DNA of 63,624 bases, filler included, from Folioceros fuciformis (taxonomy: Eukaryota), in the NCBI GenBank assembly GCA_049999805.1. It is 7 parts of 7 records of this genome, joined end to end, with 100 filler letters (N's around TTAATTAATTAA, not from the genome) between each part and the next. Parts side by side here need not be neighbours in the genome. Positions count along the whole stretch, not along the records: positions 21,792 to 37,531 come from JBNGIO010006236.1; positions 37,632 to 48,093 come from JBNGIO010006238.1; 5 more parts are not named here. One strand, written 5' to 3'. Positions 29,948 to 42,234 of the stretch are shown here, piece by piece. A program made the position numbers and the translations under genes. The notes beneath the pieces were generated by a model that was not told the DNA's origin, ran no database searches, and worked only from the letters and a program-made list of their open reading frames with translations. Every line of letters starts with the position of its first letter. The stretch's first letter is position 1.

Positions 29948-32900
29948 TCAAGTCAAAAAGGACCAATTCATGTACATGAAAGCCACACATTGTGTGCTCT
30001 CATCATCGTCTAGGACCTTCCAAGCAACAGCCCTGTCATAAGTTGCAGGGCGTCCCATGCTTGAAAGTCGCACACCACCTGGGAGACATGCATACCCCTG
30101 CACACAAATGGGAAACGTCCACATATCATGATTCATTTGTCACAATTCCAGAATCTCATGAGAGATTTCATGCTCAGTACCTGCTGTATAATTTGGTTGA
30201 AGTCAGAGTAAAGAGTCTTTCGACCATTTTCATCCAGTGTCTTCTCCCAAGCTAAATCCAGCAGACCACCTGAAGTGATCTCCAACATTTCGAGGCCAGA
30301 CCGATTTGCGAATGAAAACTCTGGTAAGGTCTGCATACGTGTCACCCGTGTACTCAGTTCCTGACCGCCAGTACTCCGCCTTTTAAGAAAGGGGCCCAAT
30401 GCACACACCGATGATCATACCTTCCAGGAGCAACAGATGATTGCGTCGGCATGATGCCAAAAAGCTTTGAATAGAGCATCAGTGCTCACAGTCTCTGTCC
30501 TCACAAGATCCATGCCAAGGTTCAGTCTGCACCCAAAACCTTGTTAGACAGAAAATTCTAAAAGGCGAAACGTATCCACTGAGATGTGAAGTCACAGCAA
30601 CCTGTAGCTTTGAAGAATGCGACGAGCTAGCAACATGGCCTCCGGAGTCCCAGGCGCATGCCTAGGCGTCATTTGCGAGCCTACTCGTGCAGGTGCAAGA
30701 GCCATAGCAACTCTCTGCACAGAAGCCACGACTGTACGCACATATTGTCTGGCCATCGCTGCTACTGCATCACGGGTGTGCATCTCATAGGAGAACTGGA
30801 ATGCAATGGTCAGAACTGATCTAAGGTGGCAGCTGGATGCTCCACTGTCACCCACAAGACGGCTGGTTTCTGACCCTCCTTCAAGAGTAGATGCTAAATC
30901 CAATGTACGAGATAGACCATAGCCATCCTAACACACACAGAAACATACGTCAGATCGGCTGCTGTCTGTCATCCTCCAGCCAATAACAGCATCCAACCAA
31001 ACGCAAAACCTTTCATGGGATACGAAGCTTGCTGTAGCCGCTTACAATTAGACCGGTATCCAGAGGTATAACACGAAACCCGGATGGGAGAAGAGGAACG
31101 TCGTCCGAAACCGCTGCATCGACTGGAGCAAAGACGAGCTGGGCACATGCACCAACTGCATTTTCATCGATTCCACTGCAGAGCTGAAGAACGAAAAAAG
31201 GGTTAGGCTACCACATCACGAGGACAACTCGATACAGCTCGTGAATGCTAGTCAATCCAATTCACCTGGAGCAAAAATGTTTCCCTAGGCAGAACAGCGC
31301 CATCCTGAGCTGGACCGTGCGCCTCCAGCTTCACTACCTCCAAAAACTGCAGGGTATAGGCTTAGAGACGTGCAACTTGCAAACAGTGGACATGAATCGC
31401 CACTGCATTGTCAGGCAGGCTTCACTGATCTCACCTCTTCCTGCTCAACTGCGTGAGCTAGGGGCAGAGGAACCTGCCCACTGCAAAGGCTACCACGGCC
31501 TGAAGCACCGTATGTGCTTGTTTTCAATGCTGCAGCAGCATCAGCATCAATGTCGCAATCAGCCCATTCAGACCGATGCTCTCGGAGAAAACGAATCAAG
31601 AGGGCTGGAGGGACATTCTGCAATTCACAAACGGACGAAGTATCACATTAATCCAATGTTAAGCTGATGCCTGCCCCTGCCTCAACGACTCTTAAGGACA
31701 AAGCTTAACCAGCCTCCTCGTTACCTGCAGAAGCATGGACACTTTGGCACACAGTATGCCCCCACCAAGAGAGCAAAGTCTGTCCGTGGAGGTAGCCTGC
31801 GCTCCGAGGTGCTTTGAATGTGGGCTGGAGTTGAAGGCGACACTGACGTCATCTGTCCCATCTGTCACTATGGCATTCCATCCATCATCTGAGAATCCAT
31901 TCACTGCTTCGTTGAAGCCCCTGAATCAGTGTAGCTACGAAGGTTAGGAAAAGATCCAAGCCTAGAACATGACCTGAAAGGATTGAAAGGGCAGAAACAA
32001 TACCGGGCTATGCGCTGGCTTAAGGCGCGCAAGACGGCAGGCTGCTGTCCACTTCCGAGAGAAACATCAGATGCAGATTCAATCGCCAATCGGCGAAGAT
32101 GACGGAGTGCCTGTCAGCAGAAGGATGAATTAAGAAAAGATACGACGGTGCCAGGAGTGGAACATAAATGAAGTGCAGGTCAAGGCCGTGAGGGCCAGCA
32201 ACACTCACCCCAATAGTGGTTTTCTGGGCAAGAACCGCTGAAGACTCATAGAGAGGACGCAGAACCTCAGGCACACTCCAAGACTGCAACACAGGAGGAG
32301 GCATACAAAATTCAATGCCGGGGCCCAGCAGAATTTGACTGAGCAGGATAGACACACTAGTAAGACACTACACAAACCTCCAAATCAGCATGATCCACAA
32401 TATGTATGATACTCCCTCCGCCTTCACAGGGTCGGATCAAATATCCACTTGGTAACATTTCTGCCCTGACAAAATACTGAACAGGTGGCATGGTTGGCCC
32501 TCCTTGAGCTCCACTGAGGGAGCGCTCACATATCTGAATTCACGGCCAAGCAACCAGCTTGCGCTCAACATTTGCAGAGGAAGTGCACAGAGAGATGGAG
32601 GCCAGGCTGAACAGGGGTACGGCACCGAAATATACCACTAGGTTGCCATCTTCCAAGAAAGTTGTGTACCGGAGAGTACAGAAATCACGAGGTGGGGCAA
32701 GTGTCGTTGGTGCATACATCTGCAGAGAAGCTTATCAGCACCAGAATTTTGGAACCTAAAGAAGACAGGAGACTCAGAACAGCCTCTAGCCTTCAGGATG
32801 CTGAGAGAAGCGAATATAGTTACTTGTGATGTTAACTACCTGAGTGTAGATAAGCTCCACAGTCCCACCATTCCCAGTAGGAAATGCGCCCAGTACATCT

Positions 32901-34747
32901 AAGCGTCGACAATCCCTCAACCAAGAGGGACGGTCCTTTAATATCTCTGCGACCTGTTTCACAAGGAGAAAAGTTAATGTGTCAATTCTGCTCACAAGGT
33001 CGACAGCATCTTCCGCAACTTCACTTGTATGGTGATCGGGAGTCGTACCTTTGTGGGTTCAAGTCCCACAAGGCCGCAGGCTCTTGCAGCTATACCCGCA
33101 CCTCCATGCGAGATGGCTACAATTCCAACAGAATCCGGACCAGGCTGCATAACCACGAAAGTTGTTCGAGATCAGCAAGTAACAGACTCAGAACCAAATG
33201 AAGCAGGTTCTTGGAAACCTACCTTCATCCCAGGCATCTGGATCCAGTCCACTGCCGTTCCGGTGGCCTTAGCAAGAAACTCGGTGAGAGTCTCCTCAGC
33301 GATGGACAAAAGTCTGCACATGCCACGTATCAGAAAGGAGCTAACAGTAGAGCAGGGAGAAGTCATCCTACTGGCACCCGTTCAACTTACCCAGCAGGGC
33401 TTGCATCACGAGGGGGATGCTGGGGGGTTGGATGCTGCTGCAAGCCCCCCGTAACCGCCGATTCTGAGCTTGTATCTGTGGTCGTCATGGCCAACTGCGC
33501 ATGCCAAGTAACGTCAACGGCATTCTGAATTGTGGTGATTGCAACTGGAAAAAGGGGAAGCGACTACAGTAGCCACCACAAATTTCCGAGCCATTCGAAG
33601 AGAAAAGCTTACAACAAGTCAGGGAAACTACAACTGACCTGCTCCTGAGATCGGCGGGAGGGTTTCCCATTGCACTCAGATTTGACTATCTGCTGCTGCT
33701 GCTGACGCAGATACTGGTTTTCAATGGCCAGCTGGGAAGTGTGCTTGGTGAGGCGTTCGTTCTCCTCCATTAACAGCTTGTTGAGAGCTGTGAGCTTGGC
33801 ATTGACGCTAAGCAGTCGGGTGGCTTCCTTGCGCTGCTTTTCGCGGCATCTGCACGATGCCACCAGCAGGCAAGCACCTGTTAGTCAAGGACACTGTAGG
33901 CCACGACTTGGACACCGCAAGCAGATAACACCGTGGATTTCAAGTGAGCGACAGATGGAGCAGTAGTGCATCTCGTGAAAAAACTGCTGTCATAAGTGGC
34001 CAGGGTAGACGAGCTACAATGAACATTTCCACAAAGAGCATACAATAAGCATCCACAGGAAAGCCCAGACAGCAGAGGCTTGACAAGTTGCAGAAACAAG
34101 CAGAGAGCGCGAGAACGACCACAATCCACGACAGCAGGCGCAGCAGCGCAAAGTTCTGAGGGCTCTAGACCTGGTCTAACGGAAAAAAAGAAGGGGTGAA
34201 GGCCACCGATGGCAGCGTCACACATGTCAGGAATCCCCTGCAGCTGATATATGTTCATCCCTGCATGGCACCGTAAAACTTTGACGACAGCGAAGCAGGT
34301 GAGGTTCTTGACATGATACAAAGGCAAAGGGTAGGCAGCAATCGGTGCAGCGGGCAGCTGGGTGCAGGAAGGAGGCTGCGGACGATCTCTAGGCGCGTAG
34401 CTGGATGCGACAAGCAGAGAGAGGGAGAGGGTACAGTGGCTGACGCTAGCATGCAGTGCAAGCGTGCCACTTCCTTGTTCCCTCCCCCAATTTTGGTCAA
34501 GAGCGGGCGCGGTAGACTGCACTTACCGGCGATTTTGAAACCAGACTTTAATCTGCTTGGGCTCAATGTTGCCAAGGATGGGACAGTCCTTGATGAGCTG
34601 CTGGCGACGGATGGAGCTGGGTTTTGGACACTCGTTGTACACACGCTCCAGCGCTTCAACCTGTTCATTGGTGTAACGCACATACTTGCCTGTGGAATCC
34701 ATTCCGCTGTTGGCCCTGTAATCCTTGGGAGGTCTGCTCACAGCCAT
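29948..34747 (-). CDS. C3HDZ: Class III HD-ZIP transcription factor (HD, leucine zipper, START, MEKHLA), 18 exons
   Basis: GKYVRYTNEQVEALERVYNECPKPSSIRRQQLI...IKVWFQNRRCREKQRKE, START KATGTAVDWIQMPGMKPGPDS, ARQYVRTVVASVQRVAMAL, and MEKHLA end AVAWKVLDDDESTQCVAFMYMNWSFLT. Confidence 0.97.
33135..33233 (-). promoter_or_regulatory. miR165/166 target site split by an intron
   Basis: The spliced mRNA reads CTGGGATGAAG|CCTGGTCCGG across intron 33145-33222, the conserved HD-ZIP III miR166 site. Confidence 0.9.
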
Positions 34748-35849
34748 TCTTGGCGCAATGTATCCGCCGCGATTCCCAGGCTGCGTACCGCCAGTGCGAG
34801 TGCCAGTGACAGTCCGAGAGCCGATGCCTGCATATCCGTGCCAAGGTGCATCATCCCTTGGTAGCCGCTATCCTACGAGGTGGGACAGCTGCAGCTGCAG
34901 CTGCAAGTGCATGCATGAGAGGGCGGGGCAGGCCCCGTCCCCGTCCCGGTCCCCGCAGCCAGCATGTCGCTACTAGGTCAATAAGACGCGCAGGAGCAGG
35001 AGGCAGCAATGCACGGGTCGAGAGTGAACAAATTGGAGAGACGAGTCGGGGCGGCCAAGATTGTGCGTTTCAGCAGGGGCCCGAGTCCCCTAGCAGACAC
35101 GCATGAGGCCCTGCGGCGGTGAGACTAGCCATAAGAGAGCTCCATGCTGCTGCCCGAGTCTGCCAATCCAGGTCCCCGGTCAGAAGCAGCAACAGGCGAA
35201 ATTGCTTATCCGGCCAGCAGCAGCATCGAACAACAAATCCGGGAACAGCTTCAACCTCCCGGCAGGCGGACTGGGGCGAGGCTGGATCAGTTCCGCTAAA
35301 GGTTGCTGACTTCTACCGGCGGCAGATCACAACACACAGGCAGCAAAGGAAGGCAACAACAAGCCAAGCGCGTGTAAAGCCAGCAGCCACGGCTACAACT
35401 ACCAAAGCCCCCCGCACAGCACTGCCACAGGCCTTCCCACTCCAGACCCAGCAAAAGAAATGAAGGAGCAGCCCGTCCCGCCCCGCCCCAGCCCGCCCGG
35501 CCAGGCTCGAGCCGAGCCGACCTGACACCCGGCCACGCAAAGCAACAGAGTGCAGTGCAAGGCGAGGAAAAACGGGGGGAGAGTACACAATGCAGCAGCA
35601 ATTAAAGCAGAGCAGTGAGGCGCGCGAAGGTGGCACTGAAAGCGGGAGGCGCAGATGCGGGGTTGGCAGCGAGAGGCGATGGCGATGGAAGCACGGGACG
35701 GCTTCGCGTGGCTTACCTGGGCCTGGCAGCATCGGCAGTGGAGACGAGCAGCAGCGAGAAGGATGCGGAGGAGGAGGAGTGGGCGGGCGAAGGAAGGAAG
35801 AGAGGCGAGGGCGCAGGGCGCAGCAGGGCGAAGGACGTAGGCAAGCCAG

Positions 35850-35970
35850 GGGAGAGAAGAGGTGAAGAGAGCAGAGGAGGAGGAGGAGGAGGGAGAGGGA
35901 AAGGAGAGGAGAGCAGAAGGAGCAGCCCAGGGAGGAGGGGGGCAGGGGGGAGAGGGGGAAGGAGCGAGAG
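35850..35970 (-). repeat. CT-rich (GA on +) low-complexity tract, probable 5' leader/TSS region of C3HDZ
   Basis: GGA/GAG polypurine run; a minus-strand donor CAG|GTAAGC at ~35716 suggests a 5'UTR intron. Confidence 0.5.
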
Positions 35971-38900
35971 GATTGGCATGATTTTGAGTTAAAAGATTAA
36001 AAAGCGTGCGTGCAGGGAGGTTAACAGCGGCGTAACCGGCGTTAAGGAGGCAGTAATGGCGTGGGCGCGCTTTAGGAGTCGGACAAGGGACGGGGGCCCG
36101 GCCTGGCCCTGCCTGCCGGGGGATTAAATGAGAACGAGTTGCGGCAGCGGCAAAGGTCCGAAGACGTCCGGACTCCGGACTCCGGACGGGGTGTCGTTGG
36201 CTCTTAAACCAGCAAGGCCGGCTAACCTTGTGCTTGCGCAATTACGCAAATCGGGCTGCTTTGTTGCTAGGCGGAGGGCCCGGGCGAGGCGGGTCGGGCC
36301 GGGCCGGGGCTCGGCGAGGATAGATCCGATTCCCTGTCCGCTGCTGCCGTATGCAGTGTATGCATGCGGTATGCGGTATTACTCTGGCGTAAGTGCAGAG
36401 CTCCAGTAAATGTAAGCGAGATGCCATTCTTTCGCCTTTTTGTGCTTTTGCGGGCCGGGACGAGGGCCGTGACCGTGCATGGGGCTGCGCGCGCACTAGC
36501 TGCATACTGTATGTACATGGTGTGCACACGCTAGACAGAAGACAGCACAACACAGGTGGAGACGGCTCTGTGACAGACGACACGACAGAGCGCAGTCGTG
36601 GACAAGAGGCGAGAAAGGAAAAAGGAAGGGAGAATAGGCGAGGCAGTAAATGAGGGCGGCCACAATTCCGGGCTCAAGGCTCTTGTGCGCAGCCAATGAG
36701 GAAAAGGGGAACAAGGCCGCGGCCTCAGCCGAGGGCCCAGGCCCGATGGATACACCGTAACCCAAAATGGAAGCGGCAGCCGCAGAGCCGAGGCGGAATT
36801 CGGGCAACAGCGGCGGCCCCTTTTAAAAGCTCCTGCCTCGCTCGCTCGCACTGTGACGAGTCTGTCGTTTGCCAGGCTTCGTTTTGGGGCCAGTTGCGCA
36901 CTGCACACCTGCTGTTTCGCCTTTTTCTCTTGTTGTTTTTTGGACTGGCTTTTCATCCTTTCCAGCCGGGGCCCGGGTTGAAAGGAAAGATGTTGGGATG
37001 TGTGTTGCGTACATATATCGAGGCAGTAGAAGAAGAAGGAGAACGGATTTCCTTCACCAGATTTAGTTTTTAATGATTTATACAAATCATGATATCTTTA
37101 CAGTACTTGCTCCCAAGGGCATCCTACCCTTTATACACCCTATCCAAGTAGCGATCGAAGCGCAGGAGGCATTTGGACACACATTCACTGCTCATTAAGC
37201 TGTTGAATCCGAGACCGTGAGGCCAAGAAACGCCCAGGCTCTTTCTTTTGTGCGCAATGCATGCCCCAAGTACTGTACATGCTGTATATGCCCATACACA
37301 CGTCTGCATTCACGGCCTGCATGGTTCATTGGCACACATCCATGGCTTCGCATCCATCCCTCCCTCCACTCCATTCAGTATGTATTCAATACAAAACCCT
37401 AGAGGAAGAGGCAATACTCGAGACGTGTCGACCACAACACCTCCAACTCCGCATCCAGTTCTGCTTTCACCTCCACCTCATCCTCCCCTCCTATCGTGCC
37501 GTCGGGAGTCGGGAGTCGGGAGTCGGGAGTCNNNNNNNNNNNNNNNNNNNNNNNNNNNNNNNNNNNNNNNNNNNNTTAATTAATTAANNNNNNNNNNNNN
37601 NNNNNNNNNNNNNNNNNNNNNNNNNNNNNNNGGATAACCGCAGATCTGGCTCTGAAGAGACCCCAAGGTTAGGTATCCGCGCTCGCGCAGACAGCACCTG
37701 GCAAAGAGACAGCAGATCACCACGCCATTCGCAAGCAGTTAACAGCAGGCTGGATGCAGCTGCAACAACGATTGGCGAGAAGCAGACGGGGATGCGCGCG
37801 TCATCAATGCACCCAGTCTCAGCTGCTGAGACAAAGGATCAGCAAGCTCGCAAGGCCGTGGCACGGTGGGGAATACCGAGAGCTAGATGAGAAAAGCTTA
37901 GAGCTACGAGCAGCAACGGAGACACAGTTGCGTGTCGGGGCATCGAATTGTTGCTGGCCGTGAGAAAAATTCGGTAGGGCTTGCCATGTGGCCGACTCTA
38001 AGCATATTCATAGCATCTACCACACCATACGAGGAGCCTCCCATACGAGGCTACGCAGTTGTCGTTGTATGTGATCATCAGCCAGCCACCCATATCATTT
38101 AGTAAACCGAGCCTTACAACGGGCAAGCTTTGTCCCCCATCCCAGCAGTGATCGAACTCTTCCCCTGCACCGTTCGAAGAACTTGATACATACACGCTGG
38201 AAGTCAAACATGAATTTGGACAGGGGCATTCTCTCTTCTGCAAGGTATGCCAATGTGCATGTGTGTGCATAGCCGTGAGAGTCAATTAGTCTGTTTCGAA
38301 AGCCGCTTGTGCCGATGTTAACCTTCTCCTTCTTGTGAAGGATGCATGACCGACTCTGTATACCGGCAGCGGCCATGCCTGAGCTGAGGAGCGTCTTGTA
38401 ACGCTCCGGGATCGTTTTCCATTCAGTAGTGCCTGACCTACTAGNNNNNNNNNNNNNNNNNNNNNNNNNNNNNNNNNNNNNNNNNNNNNNNNNNNNNNNN
38501 NNNNNNNNNNNNNNNNNNNNNNNNNNNNNNNNNNNNNNNNNNNNCTAGCGGACAGGCACATTGCCTGCCAGTTGATGGTGGAAGAAACCTAGTGCTGGCA
38601 CCTGGCAGATTTACCGGGCTGGAATTTCGGGGGATGGGGTTGTAGATTTTCAGCATGACAAAGAATGAATGAGGCTGCTTTCCATCTCAGAGATGTCAAT
38701 GGAAGCAGGATTTGTTCAAAGGGGTTTCGCTGCCACTCTGTCATGTGTCCCAACACACCCGGATTACTCAGCCGGTCTGTTTTCAGATTGGAAAGTTGCA
38801 GTCCTAGAAGGGCTTGAATGCACCCTGCCGCTGCCACTCCCGGGCAGCGGCGGCGAGTCCCCTCTGGCCCTGGGGTAAAGAGTGATTGGGCCGCGGCCAA

Positions 38901-38981
38901 GTGCAGAGCGAATTTGCCGGAAGAGTGTTTTCTGGCAGATCTGCCAAAGAGAATTAGGTGGTGGTCGATGTTGTTTGGCTT

Positions 38982-40931
38982 ATGCGTTGGTCAATGAGCA
39001 GAACTGGGCAGGGGTTGGCGGGACATTTGCACATTCCATCGTCGCAAAGGAGGCAAAGCTTTTCGGACTGGGTACACAGCACGACAAGAGCAGTTAGGTT
39101 TGAAGGGGCTGTGAAGGTTGGACCAGGTAGCAAACCAGTTGAGGAGGTTCAGACCAGTGAGAGTGTGGAAACATTAGACCTTCTGGTTCAGCAAGGCTCT
39201 TATGTTCCTGCCTCTCTCTTTTACTACATCCTGAGGAGATGCACTGCACAGAAAGATCTTACTGGTGGAAGGCGCGTTGATGGCGTTACTGTGAAATGCG
39301 GGTATGAGTCGAACCCATACTTGGCCAACCATATCATGCGCATGTATGCTTCTCATGGAAGGTTGCAGGAAGCAACTCAGGTGTTTATGAGGCTGAGTGC
39401 ACCAAGCACTCACATGTGGTTTTCTATTATTTTAGCTCACTCTGAACATAACCAGCCTGTGACAGCCATTGAGCTGTATAGACAGATGCTCGGGTCGACT
39501 GTGAAGCCCAACAACTACGTCTACGTGGCAGTTCTTAAGGCGTGTGCCAATGCACCGGATCTAGCCTCAGGGAAAGAGGTGCACGCTGATATCTTGGGTA
39601 ATGCAGTTAAGCCTGATATATTTGTAAGCAATTGCTTGGTGGACATGTATGCTACTTGTGGGAGCCTAGACGATGCACGGAGGGTGTTTGACAGCCTGCC
39701 GATGAAGGATGTGGTAACATGGAACGCATTGATTTCTGGTTATGCTCAGCATGGACTTGGTCAAGAAGCACTTGCTCTGTACGCAAGTATGCAGCAAGAG
39801 GGCGTCAACCATGCAAATCGTGTCACATTTGTATCCCTTCTGAAAGCATGTAGCAGTGTTGGAGCCTTAGACCAGGGGAGACAGCTTCACTCCCACATTC
39901 AGCAACTAGGGTTGGAAGCTGATGTGGTGGTTGGCAGCAGCCTTGTGGACATGTACTCCAAATGTGGCAGCTTGGAGGATGCTTGGAAGGTCTTTGACAG
40001 GTTGCCTAAAAGGAATGTCGTGACATGGAATGCGCTGCTAAATGGCTGCTGTCACCATAATGACGGGGAAATGGCAATTCAATTTTTTGAGCAGATGCAG
40101 GAGAATGGAGTAGAGCCCAATGAAGCTACCTTTGTTTGTCTCCTCATGGCATGCAGTCATGAGGGCCTGGTAGATGAGGGCCAAGGCTACTTCAAGATGA
40201 TGGTGGAAGAGTACAACATTGTGCCTACTGGACATCACTATGCCTGCATGGTTGATCTTCTAGGACGATCAGGCCACCTCCGTGAGGCAGAAACAATGTT
40301 ACAGAGGCTGCCATCTGAAAACGAGGTCGTAGGTTGGACATCTTTGCTGAATGCCTGCAAGAGCTTCAGCGATGTGGAGCGTGCAAGGCGATGTTTTGAC
40401 CGTCTTACTCAACTAGAACCTCAGTACTCAGCCGCGTATGTGCTCTTGGCAAGTATGTATGCCAGTGCCAATATGTGGCAGGATGTAGACAGGATAGAGA
40501 GGCTAAGAAAGGTTGCAGGTGCCTCCAAGAAGCCGGCTAGGGCGTGGATTGAGGTCAACAGCAGGGTTCATGCATTCGTGGTGGGGGAGGAAAGGGATGA
40601 TACTTCTTCCAAGCTAAGGAGCATGAATCTGTGCTTGGAGGTAAACGGCCGAATCCTTGACTCCTCCTCGGAACCGAAGGAGGCTTCTGTCAGAGACAAG
40701 AACGATGCCCTATGTGGACATGCTGAGAAGCTAGCCCTGGCGTACGGTCTGCTGAACACCAAGGACGGCACAACTTTGATAGTCACCAAAAATCTTCGCA
40801 TGTGCAATGACTGTCATAACGGCACAAAGAGCATGTCAAGGATCGAACAGCGACAGATCATAGTTAGAGACGCACACCGTGTTCACCATTTTGTGAACGG
40901 CTGTTGTTCCTGTGGGGATCGGCATTATTGA
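38982..40931 (+). CDS. PLS-class PPR-E-DYW protein, DYW:KP 'DRH' variant (candidate U-to-C RNA editing factor)
   Basis: Intronless ORF with about 11 PLS motifs and E1/E2. KKPARAWIEV replaces the PG box, followed by HAEKLALAYG, CNDCH and C-terminus CSCGDRHY. First in-frame ATG is at 38982; the true start is uncertain. Confidence 0.92.
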   Translation: MRWSMSRTGQGLAGHLHIPSSQRRQSFSDWVHSTTRAVRFEGAVKVGPGSKPVEEVQTSESVETLDLLVQQGSYVPASLFYYILRRCTAQKDLTGGRRVDGVTVKCGYESNPYLANHIMRMYASHGRLQEATQVFMRLSAPSTHMWFSIILAHSEHNQPVTAIELYRQMLGSTVKPNNYVYVAVLKACANAPDLASGKEVHADILGNAVKPDIFVSNCLVDMYATCGSLDDARRVFDSLPMKDVVTWNALISGYAQHGLGQEALALYASMQQEGVNHANRVTFVSLLKACSSVGALDQGRQLHSHIQQLGLEADVVVGSSLVDMYSKCGSLEDAWKVFDRLPKRNVVTWNALLNGCCHHNDGEMAIQFFEQMQENGVEPNEATFVCLLMACSHEGLVDEGQGYFKMMVEEYNIVPTGHHYACMVDLLGRSGHLREAETMLQRLPSENEVVGWTSLLNACKSFSDVERARRCFDRLTQLEPQYSAAYVLLASMYASANMWQDVDRIERLRKVAGASKKPARAWIEVNSRVHAFVVGEERDDTSSKLRSMNLCLEVNGRILDSSSEPKEASVRDKNDALCGHAEKLALAYGLLNTKDGTTLIVTKNLRMCNDCHNGTKSMSRIEQRQIIVRDAHRVHHFVNGCCSCGDRHY

Positions 40932-41308
40932 CACCCTTCAAACTGAACCGAAGAGGCTTCTGCGTCTATGATGTTTTCCGTCTCCAAGGAATGTTCCACC
41001 CGTTAAACATTTCTTTGTCCACCAGTGTATAAAACTAATGAAAACGGCTTTAACTCGATACCTACCTTTGGCTAAACGGAAACCAGTCCCGATCCCCCAG
41101 CCTGCGAGGAAGTCCCGTCTCAGGAGCACGGTGGGAAGATCGTTAGGCTGTCATTCTTCTTCTTCTTCCATCTAGGAGTGCGATTCTACTGCCAGTGAAG
41201 GTCACCAAGGTTAGGCTGCTTGGATTCTCAACGGAACGTAAGAGTACCACGTCCAGAAAACGGTGACTACAGACAACAGTGAGCCTTGGTAAAGTTTCAA
41301 CTTTGAGC

Positions 41309-42234
41309 ATGGCGTTCTTCTGCCATCTGCTCCAATTCCTGGACGAGCGTGCAGGGCTCCAGCTCTTGTGGTTCTTGGGCACGGTTGTGCTGTTCCACAG
41401 CTCCGAGTTTCTGCTGGCGTTCGCCTTTCACGGTCGCCAGGTGACCATGGGCTGTAGGTTACTCTGTTCTGCTGCCCCCTTGTCGTGCTGCAACTTTTGA
41501 GAGGTAAGTGTGGGGGCTTGAAGGGACGCTGATTGGCTTTTGCCTACGGGATGGCAGCACTGCTTATTTCCCGCGAGTACCTTGTTGCTCTCGGGTGTGC
41601 GCTGGTTGAGCATGGGTTAGAGGGCTTCTTTTTTCCGAGGTTGAAGCATCTCGCCTGGGTGAGCTACTTGGGGCTAGCCTTGGTGCTCACGGGAGAGGTG
41701 ATTCGGAAGACTGCGATCCTTACTGCGCAGAGCAACTTCACCCACGACATTAAGCGGCATCGACGACATGACCATGAGCTTGTCACTTCTGGTATATACA
41801 GGCAATTACTCTGACATCCTGCACCTGTGGACTGGTTGTGACCATCAATGGAGCACTGTGGAGTGACAGCGTGCAGCAGTTTTGGAGCTCTTCCTCACAA
41901 CTCGAAGTGTTACAGGTTTGTTCGGCATCCAGGATACCTCGGGTTTTTCCTCTGGTCGATTGCAACTCAGTTGATGCTGATTAATCCTGTGTGCCTGGTG
42001 GCATACACGGCAGTCACATGGCGCTTCTTCGCAGCTCGGATTCCGTATCCTTTTCATGCTTCTATACTTGTTCAGGGTGATATGTGTGCAAGATAGACTA
42101 ACGTATGCGATCACAGCAAGAGAGATCTTGACTAGAACGTCAGATACGAGGAATGGTTGCTGCGTCGATTCTTCGGCTTAAGCTACGTGGAGTACTCCGG
42201 GAAAGTTCCATCAGGCATACCCTGGGTTGACTAA
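41309..42234 (+). CDS. ICMT: Isoprenylcysteine carboxyl methyltransferase (STE14/ICMT), 4 exons
   Basis: Exons 41309-41453, 41558-41801, 41916-42044 and 42144-42234 give FHSSEF...SLLISREY...SNFTHDI...HELVTSGIYRFVRHPGYLGFFLWS...RIPYEEWLLRRFFG...YSGKVPSGIPWVD. Confidence 0.93.
42045..42143 (+). other. U12-type (minor spliceosome) GT-AG intron
   Basis: 5' splice site GTATCCTTTT; branch-point-like TCTTGAC 11 nt upstream of the 3' splice junction; splicing restores RIP|YEE. Confidence 0.8.

Noticed and set aside
35103-37085. Long ORFs (up to 280 aa) upstream of C3HDZ
   Set aside because: Explained by GC-rich low-complexity sequence with few stops on both strands.
37501-37531. (GGGAGTC)n repeat at the contig end as a variant telomere
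   Set aside because: Short GC-rich simple repeat that probably caused the assembly break; TTTAGGG-type repeats occur elsewhere in the window.
37632-38900. ORFs upstream of the DRH PPR, including 38669-38878 as a possible first exon
   Set aside because: No phase-compatible splice into the PPR frame was found, and no family is recognisable.
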